Program-made: the position numbers and the translations under genes
The notes under the pieces: model-generated
Database searches by the model: none
Seen by the model: only the letters and a program-made list of their open reading frames with translations
What the model was told of the DNA's origin: nothing
Shown: piece after piece, positions 49,543 through 60,262 of the stretch
Layout of the letters: each line of letters starts with the position of its first letter
Numbering within the stretch: the first letter of the stretch is position 1
NCBI GenBank assembly: GCA_009859145.1
Contig: VRVR01000046.1
Location: 1-64,000 of the forward strand
Source: Andalucia godoyi And28
Taxonomy: Eukaryota; Protista; Jakobida
Length of the DNA stretch: 64,000 nt
Direction: 5' to 3'

Positions 49543-50706
49543 ATGTCGGATCCTCGGTCGATGCAAATCTCCAAGAGACGGATGACGACGAATGGCGACA
49601 TGATTTCCGTCCCTATACCATCTGCCGAAGCTCCCTCTGCAGCGGCACTGCACTACCGAACCCGGCGGAAACCGGTAATTTCCTATGCATTGCACTCGTT
49701 CATGTCGGACGTGTCTGAGCTTTCCTGCGCGTCGTTTTTTGTGATGGCTGTGTTCTTCACGCTGGGTTCCATGCTTGTGATCATGGGCTCTGCACGACTG
49801 CTTGCGTCGGCGTCGGCGTCCGGTCACGGTACGATAGATCAGTTGTCTCGTGAGGTGTTCTCAGCGATCCGGACGTGGAATGAAACCGCCCTTCACTTGA
49901 TGGACGATGTCTGGATATTTTCAGTGAATGGATCGCAAATGAACAAGATCCGTGGTGTGCAGCATTTTGGAGAGCTGGCGTATCAGTCCGTGGAGTTTCG
50001 AGCGTCGCCGTTTCGCGAGGCGTCAGACTCCTCAGCCGCCGAGGGGCAAGGACAGGCGCAGGGGAATTGGAAGTGGCAGTGGGAGGAGTGGCCGCAAGTG
50101 CTGGAGCCCGCGCGGCTGGAATTCTCGATTGGAGCATGGACGTTCCCACTACTGCGGGTGGACCTCTTTCGGGAGGTTGTGAAGCCGTCGTCCTCTTGGA
50201 AGCAGTGTTTCTTCCAGGAGAGAGGAATGATAAGCACAGACCAGTCTGGGCGTCATGGCTGCAAAACATTTCACGTGCTGAAGCATCTTTCTCTGGCTTT
50301 CACGGAAAACTCCAAGAATCCTCGGGCATCGCCACTGGTGATTTCCAACGTGGAATATGCTCTTGTAGGGGCTCGACGAAACGGACAGCTACCTCCTGCC
50401 GGACCGATCTCTCTTGCCGATGCGTATGTGTCCATCCGACATGCGTTGGACCCGGAACTTGTGATCTCACGGCATGCCAGACTATCCTCTTCTGCCACGC
50501 ACTACTCCTGGCGATCCTCGTGGACCATGATCGGCATTGGGGTTCTGACAATCTCGCCGATTCTTTTCATAGTCATTCGTTCCCTCCTGTTGGCGTCCCC
50601 TTCTCAGATGTCCATTGCCGACCGCATCCGCGAACTTGCTCGGCTGACATTTCACTCCGTCACCCACCCACCAGCTTCTCGCAGATATCTCTCAAGCGAT
50701 ATCTGA
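49543..50706 (+). CDS. Hypothetical two-TM membrane protein
   Basis: 387-aa frame from MSDPRSMQ with TM1 (ASFFVMAVFFTLGSMLVIMG), TM2 (WTMIGIGVLTISPILFIVI) and a lumenal domain containing a Cys pair. Confidence 0.68.
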   Translation: MSDPRSMQISKRRMTTNGDMISVPIPSAEAPSAAALHYRTRRKPVISYALHSFMSDVSELSCASFFVMAVFFTLGSMLVIMGSARLLASASASGHGTIDQLSREVFSAIRTWNETALHLMDDVWIFSVNGSQMNKIRGVQHFGELAYQSVEFRASPFREASDSSAAEGQGQAQGNWKWQWEEWPQVLEPARLEFSIGAWTFPLLRVDLFREVVKPSSSWKQCFFQERGMISTDQSGRHGCKTFHVLKHLSLAFTENSKNPRASPLVISNVEYALVGARRNGQLPPAGPISLADAYVSIRHALDPELVISRHARLSSSATHYSWRSSWTMIGIGVLTISPILFIVIRSLLLASPSQMSIADRIRELARLTFHSVTHPPASRRYLSSDI

Positions 50707-52455
50707 ACGGACTCGCTTGTTTCTTCCCTCCCCCTCTTTATTTCAACTGCCGTCCGTTGGCGTCTGCGCCTTTTTTTTTTCGTTGGTTTGCTTTTCCTCC
50801 CTTAAATTTGGGAGAATCGTAATGTTCATGAGGCCTTGTGTGGTAGTGTTCTGGTCTATTTTTCATGTTTTATTTTTACGGTTTCGCTGTGATGCTCGAG
50901 GTCAAGCATCTTCAAAGTCGGCATAGCGGATGTCTCATCCCGACGCCGAGCACTGTACTGGATCGGTCTGGCAGCTGCGCAGATCAGATGGATCAGCAGC
51001 AGACGATGTACTGGTAAAGAGCAAGAACTCCTCTTCAGCTCTAGTTTCGAACGTTTCGGTGCTTTGGGGACCGCTGGTCTGAGTGCTGTTGCCCAACTGT
51101 CGCGGGTGTGATGAGACGCGGACCTGCTTGTGTAAATAGTCATGGACTGCAGAGGATGTCATATCGCTTCGTTTCCGCAAACAATTGCATTTCGGCGGCG
51201 CGCACACAGCTTTTGCCCTCCTTCGGGCGTACAATGGGTCATGTGATCAGTCACACTTATCGCTTGGCGTGCAGCGCAACTCACAGAACGGTGGACGGCG
51301 ATTCCCATTGCGTTTTTTTTCCTTCTACTTTTACGGATCATCCATCTTTTTGACATTTCATCGGTAAGCCCGATTTCTGGAGCCCTCCTCAGTCGTCAGA
51401 CATGACGTCTGTTCGATTTTCGTTGTTCTTTTGCGTGCGTGGAACACTTTTGAGAATTGGTATCGGCATTCGGTAGCAGGGAAAGAAAAGAAAGACAGGG
51501 CTCGTCACTTTTAGAAAGTTCCGTCGAATGGCAAATGACAAGTCTCATCAGAGCAGTATTTCACGTATGGCATTTCCGCTGCTACTCCTCTGACGCTGAG
51601 CCACCGCAGGGGCGCCTGATTGCGGGTATGTCAGCAGATCAGCAACCTGACGACGGACATGCATCGCAAGCTTGCAAAATGGCTGTGTGAGGAGTGTGAC
51701 TGCATTCGGCTTTCGAAAATTCGACACACGTCCTGTATGGTGCGGAGGGTGCACACATGTCCACAGTGTATGATGTAGGCGCAGAGCAGCGTCGCAGCCA
51801 GACTGGGGGGTGGTTTCCACTCTGTATTTATTATATTCTTTTTTGTGTTGTCATATTCTTTTTTTGCGAGACAACTTATGAAAACAGCGACCAGTCCTTG
51901 AAAAACGAAATGCAGCCAGACACTCTTGAGTGGACACCCAGTTTCGTAAGTGGACACAGCAGCCCGGGATGTGTTTCGCTTGCCGTTCAGATGCCGTCGG
52001 GAAAGACTTGATTTCATGACTGGCTCGAGAATCTTGTATGGTATCAGACTGCCGTGTATTCATTTAGCATGTCATTGTGTGCGCGGCTGTCTGCGTCACT
52101 TTTGTAATGACCTGCAGAAGCACAGTCGTGTTGCTCTGCAGACATCGGTGACGCAGACTGAAGCGTAGCGACCTGTTCTCGACGGTCTGTTGTTCAACAA
52201 GAAGCGAAGCAGACGTTCTTCGTCGCCGGAACATCAGGAATACGGAATTTGACAGCGCCAGATTCTGCCGTTCTCGCTGGGCCGAACGTCTTTTTACGTG
52301 CATGGGGTACCATGTCGGCAGTATCATATTCCAAGAAGCTCCTCATCTGCGCTGTTTTATTAAAGTCATCTGAAACCATAGTTTTTTTCTTCTTCTTCTT
52401 TATCTCTGCTCGCGACCGTCGTCGGAAAAGTGTGCGCGATCATGGATAGTCGTTT

Positions 52456-55245
52456 CTAGGTGTCGTGCAAGCGGTCCAATCGCAGACGGATGGCGTCCAA
52501 TGTTTCCTTGGCCTCTTCCACCTTCTGAGCAATCTTCTGGATCGTCAACCGGAACAAATTCTGCAAATCTGGATCATCAATGGCGTCCATTCGTCGTGCA
52601 GCCTCTGAATTGAGACGCATCGAACGCATCCGAACATTCATTTCATCGATGCATGTCGTGGCATACGGTAGGAACGATTCATGGATATCTTCCAGTTTGG
52701 CAAAATACTCTCGTTCTTCGGCAGTAAGAGGCTCGGACAGCTGCAGAGAAGACTTCGATCGCACAACCTCAATTTTCCGCGAAATCTCCTCCGTTTTTGC
52801 CTTTGACGCGTTCATATTGGCCACGATCTCCTTGTCACGCGCTTCAACCTGTGTTTTGAGGTCCCGTACACGTTGCTTCGTTGCATGCAGCAGTTTCATC
52901 CGCTGCTCGAGGTGCGGCAGCCCCTGAGACTCACAGAACACCTGTAACTGAGTTATTCTCGTCAGAACAGACTCCTCAACAGATTTCCAAAATGTAGAGA
53001 GTGTTTCCGCTGCAGCAGCCGCTGAAATTGGTTTCGATCCGGATGGATCAATATAAATCTTGTCGAGCTTTTTTGTTGCGGCAAGACTCGCTAACGTCTT
53101 ATTCAACATTTCTTGAAGCGGCTCCAACTCTCGAACAGACGACACTTGTCCTGATTTAACGGAACCGATCACGCTGGCAGGCTGCAATGCACCTTTTGCA
53201 GTCAACGCAGTCACAGATGAAGCGGAAGCAACGGCCGCCGTCGACGACGACGAAGACGAAAATGAATCCTGTCGTGGTAGCAGAGCAGCAGCAAATCTTC
53301 CTGATGCACGATCGAGCACAAGCACAAATGGCTTCACAAACGAAACAAGGTGGGCAATAACGACGTCCGAACCCCTTTCCAAGTTTGACAAGGTCTTTCC
53401 GGCCTGGGGAAAGTGCATGACAAGCCGTTCGAGAGTCGGAAACTGATCTGCGGCAGGCGTCGCCACAAGTTCTTCGTATGATCGCAAAAAATGGGCACAA
53501 GATCCGTGCAGAACACCATTCGATCCAACAATCACAAACGAATCCGAAATAATCTCGTGCATCAACATTGTAGAAAGAATCTGACCCGTAGATGATCCGC
53601 TTGAAGACGCTGAAGACGCAACAGAAGTTCCCGTTGCCGTTGCCGTTGCCGGCCTTCCTGCTGCTGTTGATGATGTGAAAGAAGAAGAAGAAGAAGAAGA
53701 AGCGGACGACGACGACGACGACGACTGCTGCGTCGATGTCGGAGGAACTGTCGAAGGAATCATGTAGGAAGACAGGATACCGATCCAGGAAAGATGCGGA
53801 GAGACAAATGGATCCGCCACGTGCTTAAACTTTGGCATCACAAGCCCTGTGGCCATGATTTGATCAATTCTTCCATTTGAATAGTACCGCAGAAAACAAA
53901 GCGGAGCGGATGACGTATCTTGCATGCATCGAATTCCAATGCAGGAAAACGCAACTGAACTCAAACCAAGCTTTTCCACTGCACTCTCGATGCTTTGCGT
54001 ACTCGTTGAGACAACTCGTGGAAGGTGATCTGAAATGTCGCGGACCTGTGGCTCGCAGCCAAACGGAAACTCGCCACGAGAAAGCGGAGCCGTCAGCTTA
54101 TGCTGTGAAGACAGAGATGTGGACGTAAACGTGGACTCCATGAATGATCGGAAAGCCGCTTCATATTCATCCACAACAGCATTCAGAGAGTCGGCTTGGA
54201 ACGATTGTGCTGTCGATGAATTCGTTTCGGAATTGACGTTCGACGAAGACAATGACAGCAGCGCATCCTGAACCTCCTGCTGCAGATCCGACAGGATATC
54301 CTTCAGAAAGAGGCAAGAACGCGGAATAATAGGCGTGATCACGCAGATTTGGCCTGTTGCTGACACGAGCAACACAGAGAGGTGCCACATCGAATGAATA
54401 CCGGGATGGAACACAGCACCCTCCGAACAGCCAAAGCAAAAGTCCACAAACGACGCTGCTAGAGGCACCGACTGCTCTGGAACTGCGGCCGAAATCAAAA
54501 CATTGAAAACAAGGAATGCATTCGGCGTCAACACACAGAGATGCGCGGCCGACAGTGGATGGAATTTGAACACGACGCGAACTGATCGGCCCGAGAGTCC
54601 TGGAGACCCTGCGCTGGTACTTATCGAAGTCTCAGTCGATGTCTTTTGAACCGAATACGGAGACGCATAAGGCGATGATGATGATGAGTAGGGCAGTGAC
54701 ATTGACGGAGGTGGCGGTGAAGACACAACATGTGGCGAGTACAGCTTGGACGCAACCGGCCGCACAGGAACTCTGAGAATAGTGACTCGCGGGGGCGACG
54801 GTGGAAGCGAAACCAGCAAAATTCCAGCATTGGAGGTTTGCACTGCAAGGAAGCACCCATCACGCGAAAACGACAGCCTTGAAACGGAAGACAATGCACG
54901 CTCGGGAATGGAAAAGGGAGAAAGAAGCGGCACTCGCTCAGGTACAACGTTTCGGATGCATGACTGCTGATGTCGTGGTTGATTTTGTTGTTGCTGTTGT
55001 TCTGCAGATTCAGCAAAGAAAGAGATTGGACGAGGTGGAGGCGTGACTGCGTCGTTGAGATCCACGAGAAAAAGCGAAGATTCAAGTGTACCGATTGGAA
55101 TCGAGGATCCAATCGCCAGGAGATGTCCATCGTGGATTGCAAGTGTGCATGATGCCAGGTCGAGGCCATGCACAGCTGAGATGTTCGCTTGAAGCCATGC
55201 GCACACGTCCTGGCCTAGAACCTCAGAAGATGCCGGAGAAGTCAT
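52456..55245 (-). CDS. NUP88: Nucleoporin Nup88/Nup82-like (beta-propeller and C-terminal coiled coil)
   Basis: FKFHPLSAAHLCVLTPNAFLVFNV...PEQ...FVDFCFG...WHLSVLLVSATGQICVITPIIP matches the Nup88 blade pattern. The coiled-coil tail includes LSEPLTAEEREYFAKL. Confidence 0.68.
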   Translation of the reverse strand: MTSPASSEVLGQDVCAWLQANISAVHGLDLASCTLAIHDGHLLAIGSSIPIGTLESSLFLVDLNDAVTPPPRPISFFAESAEQQQQQNQPRHQQSCIRNVVPERVPLLSPFSIPERALSSVSRLSFSRDGCFLAVQTSNAGILLVSLPPSPPRVTILRVPVRPVASKLYSPHVVSSPPPPSMSLPYSSSSSPYASPYSVQKTSTETSISTSAGSPGLSGRSVRVVFKFHPLSAAHLCVLTPNAFLVFNVLISAAVPEQSVPLAASFVDFCFGCSEGAVFHPGIHSMWHLSVLLVSATGQICVITPIIPRSCLFLKDILSDLQQEVQDALLSLSSSNVNSETNSSTAQSFQADSLNAVVDEYEAAFRSFMESTFTSTSLSSQHKLTAPLSRGEFPFGCEPQVRDISDHLPRVVSTSTQSIESAVEKLGLSSVAFSCIGIRCMQDTSSAPLCFLRYYSNGRIDQIMATGLVMPKFKHVADPFVSPHLSWIGILSSYMIPSTVPPTSTQQSSSSSSSASSSSSSSFTSSTAAGRPATATATGTSVASSASSSGSSTGQILSTMLMHEIISDSFVIVGSNGVLHGSCAHFLRSYEELVATPAADQFPTLERLVMHFPQAGKTLSNLERGSDVVIAHLVSFVKPFVLVLDRASGRFAAALLPRQDSFSSSSSSTAAVASASSVTALTAKGALQPASVIGSVKSGQVSSVRELEPLQEMLNKTLASLAATKKLDKIYIDPSGSKPISAAAAAETLSTFWKSVEESVLTRITQLQVFCESQGLPHLEQRMKLLHATKQRVRDLKTQVEARDKEIVANMNASKAKTEEISRKIEVVRSKSSLQLSEPLTAEEREYFAKLEDIHESFLPYATTCIDEMNVRMRSMRLNSEAARRMDAIDDPDLQNLFRLTIQKIAQKVEEAKETLDAIRLRLDRLHDT

Positions 55246-55625
55246 CTTGTCCCACACAAGTTGACGGAATAAAAGAGAAAGACGGAAGTGGGCCTTTTTT
55301 CCTCTTCTTTTTATTATTATTTTATTTAATTGAGAAAAACGTGCCTGCAAAATAGTAAAAGAGTTTGGAGTTTTTCAACTTTGTGAGCAGCGCAGCCTCA
55401 AGAGAAGAAGGACTGACATGCCAATGACAGCGACTCGTGTGCACAATGACAGTGCACCAACGCTCGCACATGTCGCGAGTTCTGTCCCAAGAAAGGCAAA
55501 CTCCCGAAAGATTTTTGTTTCCATGTCCGAACGTACGAAGACGCGCATACGCACAAACGCACAAACGGGCATACTGTATCGGAGTCATTTCACTGCGGGG
55601 GAGGAAGAAAAGAGAAAAAGAAAAG

Positions 55626-56099
55626 ATGAAGAGTGCACTGAATGTGGTGTTTGCAGTATTGCTGCTTGCAACTGCCGTTTCTGCGCAGTCGTGGGTGTCC
55701 ACCACTGCGATGGTCTATGACGTGTGCCACACAAACGAAGCCATCTACTCTCCCGCACCGACTGTTGCAACTTCGAGCTGCTCTGCATTGTTTAATTCAT
55801 TGTCGCAAAGCCGAGGTACTCTGTCCATTGCATGTGCATCGTCGACGTACACCTCGAGTCTGTCGGTGTCGATGGGCTCGACGACTACCATCATGGCAAT
55901 GATTTCGCTCGGAGATACTCCCACTTCCTGCGATCCAGGCGCAAAGGATCTCTTGTGCAGAAACGTCCTCGGATCTGGAAAGGACGCCACTATTCCCGCT
56001 GGACTGTTGAAGCAGCTTGCGACCGCCATCTCCGACAAGAGCTCATCCGAGTTCCAGACTGCTTTCGGTGCGTTCTGCTCCATCGTAACCCCGGCCTGA
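55626..56099 (+). CDS. Small secreted six-cysteine protein of unknown family
   Basis: Clear signal peptide MKSALNVVFAVLLLATAVSA; 157 aa, 6 Cys, Ser/Thr/Ala-rich. Confidence 0.72.
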   Translation: MKSALNVVFAVLLLATAVSAQSWVSTTAMVYDVCHTNEAIYSPAPTVATSSCSALFNSLSQSRGTLSIACASSTYTSSLSVSMGSTTTIMAMISLGDTPTSCDPGAKDLLCRNVLGSGKDATIPAGLLKQLATAISDKSSSEFQTAFGAFCSIVTPA

Positions 56100-56569
56100 C
56101 CACCCCCCGCACTCCCTTTCCAGCCCCACCTTCAGCTCACGGGAAACGGGAAACGGGAAACGGCATTATGAGGTCTACGTAAGTATGATGTTCTTACCAA
56201 AGATCAGGTATTTGATGTATTTTAATGAGTTTTTACGTTATATTTATTTTTATTTATTTACTTATCCATTCTATTTATTTTATTTTATTTTTCGTGTTTC
56301 TGCAATCTTGTCTCTTGCTTTCAACGTCATGAAATAATTTTCTTTTATTAAAAAAAAAAACATTCGCTTCTCCCACTGCTATCGTAGTTTGTCGTCTTCT
56401 TCAGTGCTCTGCTGTGCGTATCCGACAACCTGTAAAATCGAGGGGCATTCTTTTTCCTCGATGCGGTGGTGTTCATCTGTGGAATGTGATTTGTGAGAAG
56501 GCCTATTCTTGGCTAGTAGACACGTCTGAAAAAGAAAAGAAAAGACGGAAGAAAGAAGAAGCAATAAGC

Positions 56570-57688
56570 ATGGCTCTACCGCTGTCTGGAATTCGAGTGC
56601 TATCACTTGAAAAGCTGCTTCCAGCACCGTTCTGCACTCGAATATTGTGCGATCTCGGGGCCTCCATCACGCGCGTGGTCGATCCCCGCTTTCCGGATAT
56701 GGTGAGCACCCTTCCTCCGTTCACAGGTCCAAAGGGACCCTCGTTTTTGCATGCCGGTCTCAACTATGGCAAACGCGATCTCGTTGGTCAGCTGGACGAT
56801 GCATCGTTTCGAGCCTCGTTGCTGTCATCACTCTGTGACTATGATGTACTCGTGATCAATATGAAACCAGGGGCGTTTGAATCTCTCTTCAGCATCACGT
56901 CGCTGGACTCTGTTCGACAGACCTACAACCCGAGGCTGATCGTCTGTTTTCTGACTGCGTACTCGTTGGCAGAGTCTCCATGGCAGGGTCTTCCCGGCCA
57001 CGATCTAAACTGCGTGGCTCGCGCGGGCCTCTTGCGCGTTCCGACTGCAGGACCGGCGATGACTTCCACGTTTATTGCGGACTACTTTTGCGCTTGGAGC
57101 GCAGCAACAAGGGTTCTTGCGGCGCTGTTCCAGCTACGGACGAGCGATCCACAAGCGCATGGAATGGTTCTAGACTGTTCCATGCTGCAGGGAGCAGCGA
57201 CTGCGCTGTTTTTGCACAACTGCGTCAGCTGGAATGTTGGAAAGAACGGCGACCAAGCGCTAGCTGCATTGCATGGTGCGTGGCCAAACTACGAAATTTA
57301 TGAGTGTGCGGACTCGCAGTTTGTGGCCATTGGATGCCTGGAGCCGGAGTTCTGGGCACGGTTCCTGCGCGTCATGATGTTTGACTCGACTCACCTTCCG
57401 AAGTCTCTGCAGTCTTTCGTTGCAGATCCCAAACGTGCATTGGAAGTTCGGAACGAATTGCAGAGACTGTTGAAGACGTGCAGCGCCCAGGAGGTGGAGA
57501 AGAGATGTGCCTCTGCGAAGGTTCCCGTTGATCGGATTCTGAGTCCATCCGAATCGTGGAGCGCCCACAAGCAAGTATACGAGGAGCTTGGCATGGTACG
57601 GCGTGTAAATGTCAACGGAAAGGAACTTGTGTTTCCAGTGGCATGTCCTTTTCCTGTCACCAGTCTGCCGGTGCAGTCCAAGCTGTGA
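56570..57688 (+). CDS. AMACR: Family III CoA-transferase / alpha-methylacyl-CoA racemase-like, peroxisomal (PTS1)
   Basis: PLSGIRVLSL..LLPAPFCTRILCDLGA, LNYGKR, GHDLN, IADY, YEIYECADSQFVAIGCLEPEFW, and C-terminal -SKL. Confidence 0.85.
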   Translation: MALPLSGIRVLSLEKLLPAPFCTRILCDLGASITRVVDPRFPDMVSTLPPFTGPKGPSFLHAGLNYGKRDLVGQLDDASFRASLLSSLCDYDVLVINMKPGAFESLFSITSLDSVRQTYNPRLIVCFLTAYSLAESPWQGLPGHDLNCVARAGLLRVPTAGPAMTSTFIADYFCAWSAATRVLAALFQLRTSDPQAHGMVLDCSMLQGAATALFLHNCVSWNVGKNGDQALAALHGAWPNYEIYECADSQFVAIGCLEPEFWARFLRVMMFDSTHLPKSLQSFVADPKRALEVRNELQRLLKTCSAQEVEKRCASAKVPVDRILSPSESWSAHKQVYEELGMVRRVNVNGKELVFPVACPFPVTSLPVQSKL

Positions 57689-57900
57689 GAACCTTTCCAG
57701 ATGCGTTTTCGGGCTTCTGTGCGCGTATATTACTTTTCTTTGGTGTCAAGTTTATCCTCTTTTTTTTTTTTTAATTTATTTATTTTTTTTTTGCTTTGCG
57801 AAATGCGTCGATTCGGAACAGCCAACGATCAAAGGGGGCAGCTGCGTTAATGGTTTCGTCATTCATCTTCTCTTTTTGCTATTTTCCTCGAAATTCTGTG

Positions 57901-59319
57901 TTAGGAGCTGCCTCTTTCATCCGAAAACGTCTGGAATGGCAATCGATGCTTCCTCTTTCGCTGGTAAACAATGAAGACGGCTGCTCCAATGACGACCGCT
58001 GCAGCTGCCAGCACGCTGATGGCAATAGTCGCTTGGTTGGACAATCCATTACCATCGTCTGTCGAGTCGGTCCGAGGACGTGGCGTCAGCATGATCTCTC
58101 CGAGGTTGGATGCCGTCTGTCCGCTCAGAAATTCTCCTCGAACAATGATGTTGGGCAGCACAACCTGTTCGAATTCCGGCATCTGAATGCGAAGCGTGTA
58201 TACTCCATCCGCGAGCAGCCGATAAAAGTATCCGTGCTGTGTGCAGTGAATTACCTTGTCGATTCCATCAACGGAGATGGCTGCAGTGCGCATGTCAAGG
58301 ACCGAAACATCGCCACTGACAACAACACGACCTCGAATTCCGCGATGCACCTGCTCGAGGAGGGCGATCATCGGATTCCGGTTCTCTGCCCAGAAGCCAG
58401 CGACTTCCTCCACAGGAGCAAGATACTCGTCCGTGAGCTCGAGTGTCACATCAAAATCTTCGGCGTGGACGTAGCTCCAATCCTGCAAGCCCCCATCGAT
58501 TTCCCACCACTTTGCTCCATTGGTGATGCCGCCCGGGAACCGCGAAGAGTTCCACATGGTGGGATGTGCTCTGGCGTACGCAGAAGCATAAGAGCGGTAG
58601 AAGGCGTCATCAGGAGAGGCGACATACACGGTGCCGTTGCCGACATAGACTGGAAATGAATTGTCGTACGGATAGTTCACAACCAGCGCACCCGTGTGGA
58701 GATTGGCGGACGCTTGGAACTTGGACGCTGGGAGGGACCAGTTCATGTACGCGTAGGTCTCCGGCTGGATTTCTGTCGGATCGGCAATGGGGAACCGATT
58801 CGGGAAGTTTCGATTGAGATCAAATCCGTTGGCGTTTCTTCGTTGCCTGAGCTCAAATCCATCTGGGTTCAAGGACGGAAGCACGGAAATGAGCGTGTTT
58901 TGCAACAGCCATGAGATCCGCGGATCGACTCTTGCTGGATCCTTCGTGTTGTAATAGATTGCATCTGCTACGATCTGTATGAAGTGGAGTGTCATCTCAC
59001 GACCCACAATTTCGTTCCCGTGGATGTTCCCCGTGTATCGGAAACTGGGAACCGCGTCGCTCCACACGGGCAACGGGTCCGGTCTGAACTCAATGGCCCA
59101 CAGCTCACGAAGCTGCACGGATTTCCCGATGCTATACACCCGGACACGATCGCCAAGTACGCATTCAATCGAGTGCAAGAAATCAGTCAGCTGCGTGTAG
59201 TTGTGGTACGTAAAGTCCAAGTCAGGGTACGTGCAGACTGTCCGAGCAGAACCGAACACCACACAGTAACGGAAGCCGCAGCTGAAAAACAACCCAAACA
59301 GAATGAAGAAGAATCTCAT
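57901..59319 (-). CDS. M14B metallocarboxypeptidase (CPD/CPM-like) with a transthyretin-like domain and TM anchor
   Basis: Signal peptide; YHNY, GNIHGNE, PSLNPDGFE, RRNANGFDLNRNFP, ANLH, YPYD, GGITNGAKW, GGLQDWSY and TLEL. The TM helix is followed by RKRK. Confidence 0.93.
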   Translation of the reverse strand: MRFFFILFGLFFSCGFRYCVVFGSARTVCTYPDLDFTYHNYTQLTDFLHSIECVLGDRVRVYSIGKSVQLRELWAIEFRPDPLPVWSDAVPSFRYTGNIHGNEIVGREMTLHFIQIVADAIYYNTKDPARVDPRISWLLQNTLISVLPSLNPDGFELRQRRNANGFDLNRNFPNRFPIADPTEIQPETYAYMNWSLPASKFQASANLHTGALVVNYPYDNSFPVYVGNGTVYVASPDDAFYRSYASAYARAHPTMWNSSRFPGGITNGAKWWEIDGGLQDWSYVHAEDFDVTLELTDEYLAPVEEVAGFWAENRNPMIALLEQVHRGIRGRVVVSGDVSVLDMRTAAISVDGIDKVIHCTQHGYFYRLLADGVYTLRIQMPEFEQVVLPNIIVRGEFLSGQTASNLGEIMLTPRPRTDSTDDGNGLSNQATIAISVLAAAAVVIGAAVFIVYQRKRKHRLPFQTFSDERGSS

Positions 59320-59722
59320 CTGTCCTTTTCTTTTCTGTTCTGTTCTGTTCTATTCCTCCCCTTCTTCTCTGTCTCTTCTTTCTTCCTTTCGTTCTTTTAT
59401 TTTATTTTTTAATGCACTGTTTTGTTACTATTTCTTTCTTCTGTCGTTCAATGTTGCGAGGCTTGAATCGCACAGTTTGTTCCACAAAGGCCGCCGATCT
59501 TGGAATCGACTGTAGTCAGTGGAATTTGGTTAGCAGATAACCACACGATCCAAAATAGCCCAAATCGCATTTGAATTCCACTCTTTCTATTTGGTTTGCA
59601 GTGTTTTGTTGGATTTGTTTTGTTGGATTTGTTTTGTTTTGCATGTTTGTGATTTTCCGTTTGTTTGTTTTTGCGTTGTACGTTCCAGTAGAAGAAGCAG
59701 CGGGAGAAGTGGGAGAGAAAAG

Positions 59723-59941
59723 ATGATCGATCTGAACAAGCTTTGGAACAACGAAAACAAGGTTCCGGGTCTCCAGCAGACTTTCAAGCTTGGAGTGTCC
59801 GATGTTCCCATTCATCTGCGAGGCGGGTCTCGTGACAAGGCTGTTTTCCAGCTCGGAATCGGCTTGTTTGCGCTCTGCACATCCGTCGCGACCTTTGGCC
59901 TTGTCAAGAACCTCATCTTCAATACCGGAAAGAAGCAGTAA
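59723..59941 (+). CDS. COX7A: Cytochrome c oxidase subunit VIIa-like
   Basis: 72 aa. ENKVPGLQQTFKLGVSDVPIHLRGGSRDKAVF followed by one TM helix matches the COX7A pattern NKV...Q..F......P+HL+GG..D. Confidence 0.78.
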   Translation: MIDLNKLWNNENKVPGLQQTFKLGVSDVPIHLRGGSRDKAVFQLGIGLFALCTSVATFGLVKNLIFNTGKKQ

Positions 59942-60262
59942 GCAACAACTACCTACAACGATGTCAATAAGGAAAGAACACGCATGGCGCAATAGTTTTT
60001 GTTCTGTCTGTGTGTTTTTTTATATATTAAAAGCTTTAAGTAATAATGATGAGGACGATGGATGGGATCTGGATATCCGCGCACTTTGCAGTTACGCAAA
60101 GGTCGGAGATGACTCGTCTCGTTTTGTTTTGTTTATGTTTTTGGGTTGATGTTTTTGTTTTGTTTTTCCTTCTTCATTCGTTTACATATATACATATATA
60201 TTTTGTGACTTGTGGAGTGCAAGGTATAAAAAGTGCAGGCGGAGGAGGAAGTGGTGGCTGTA

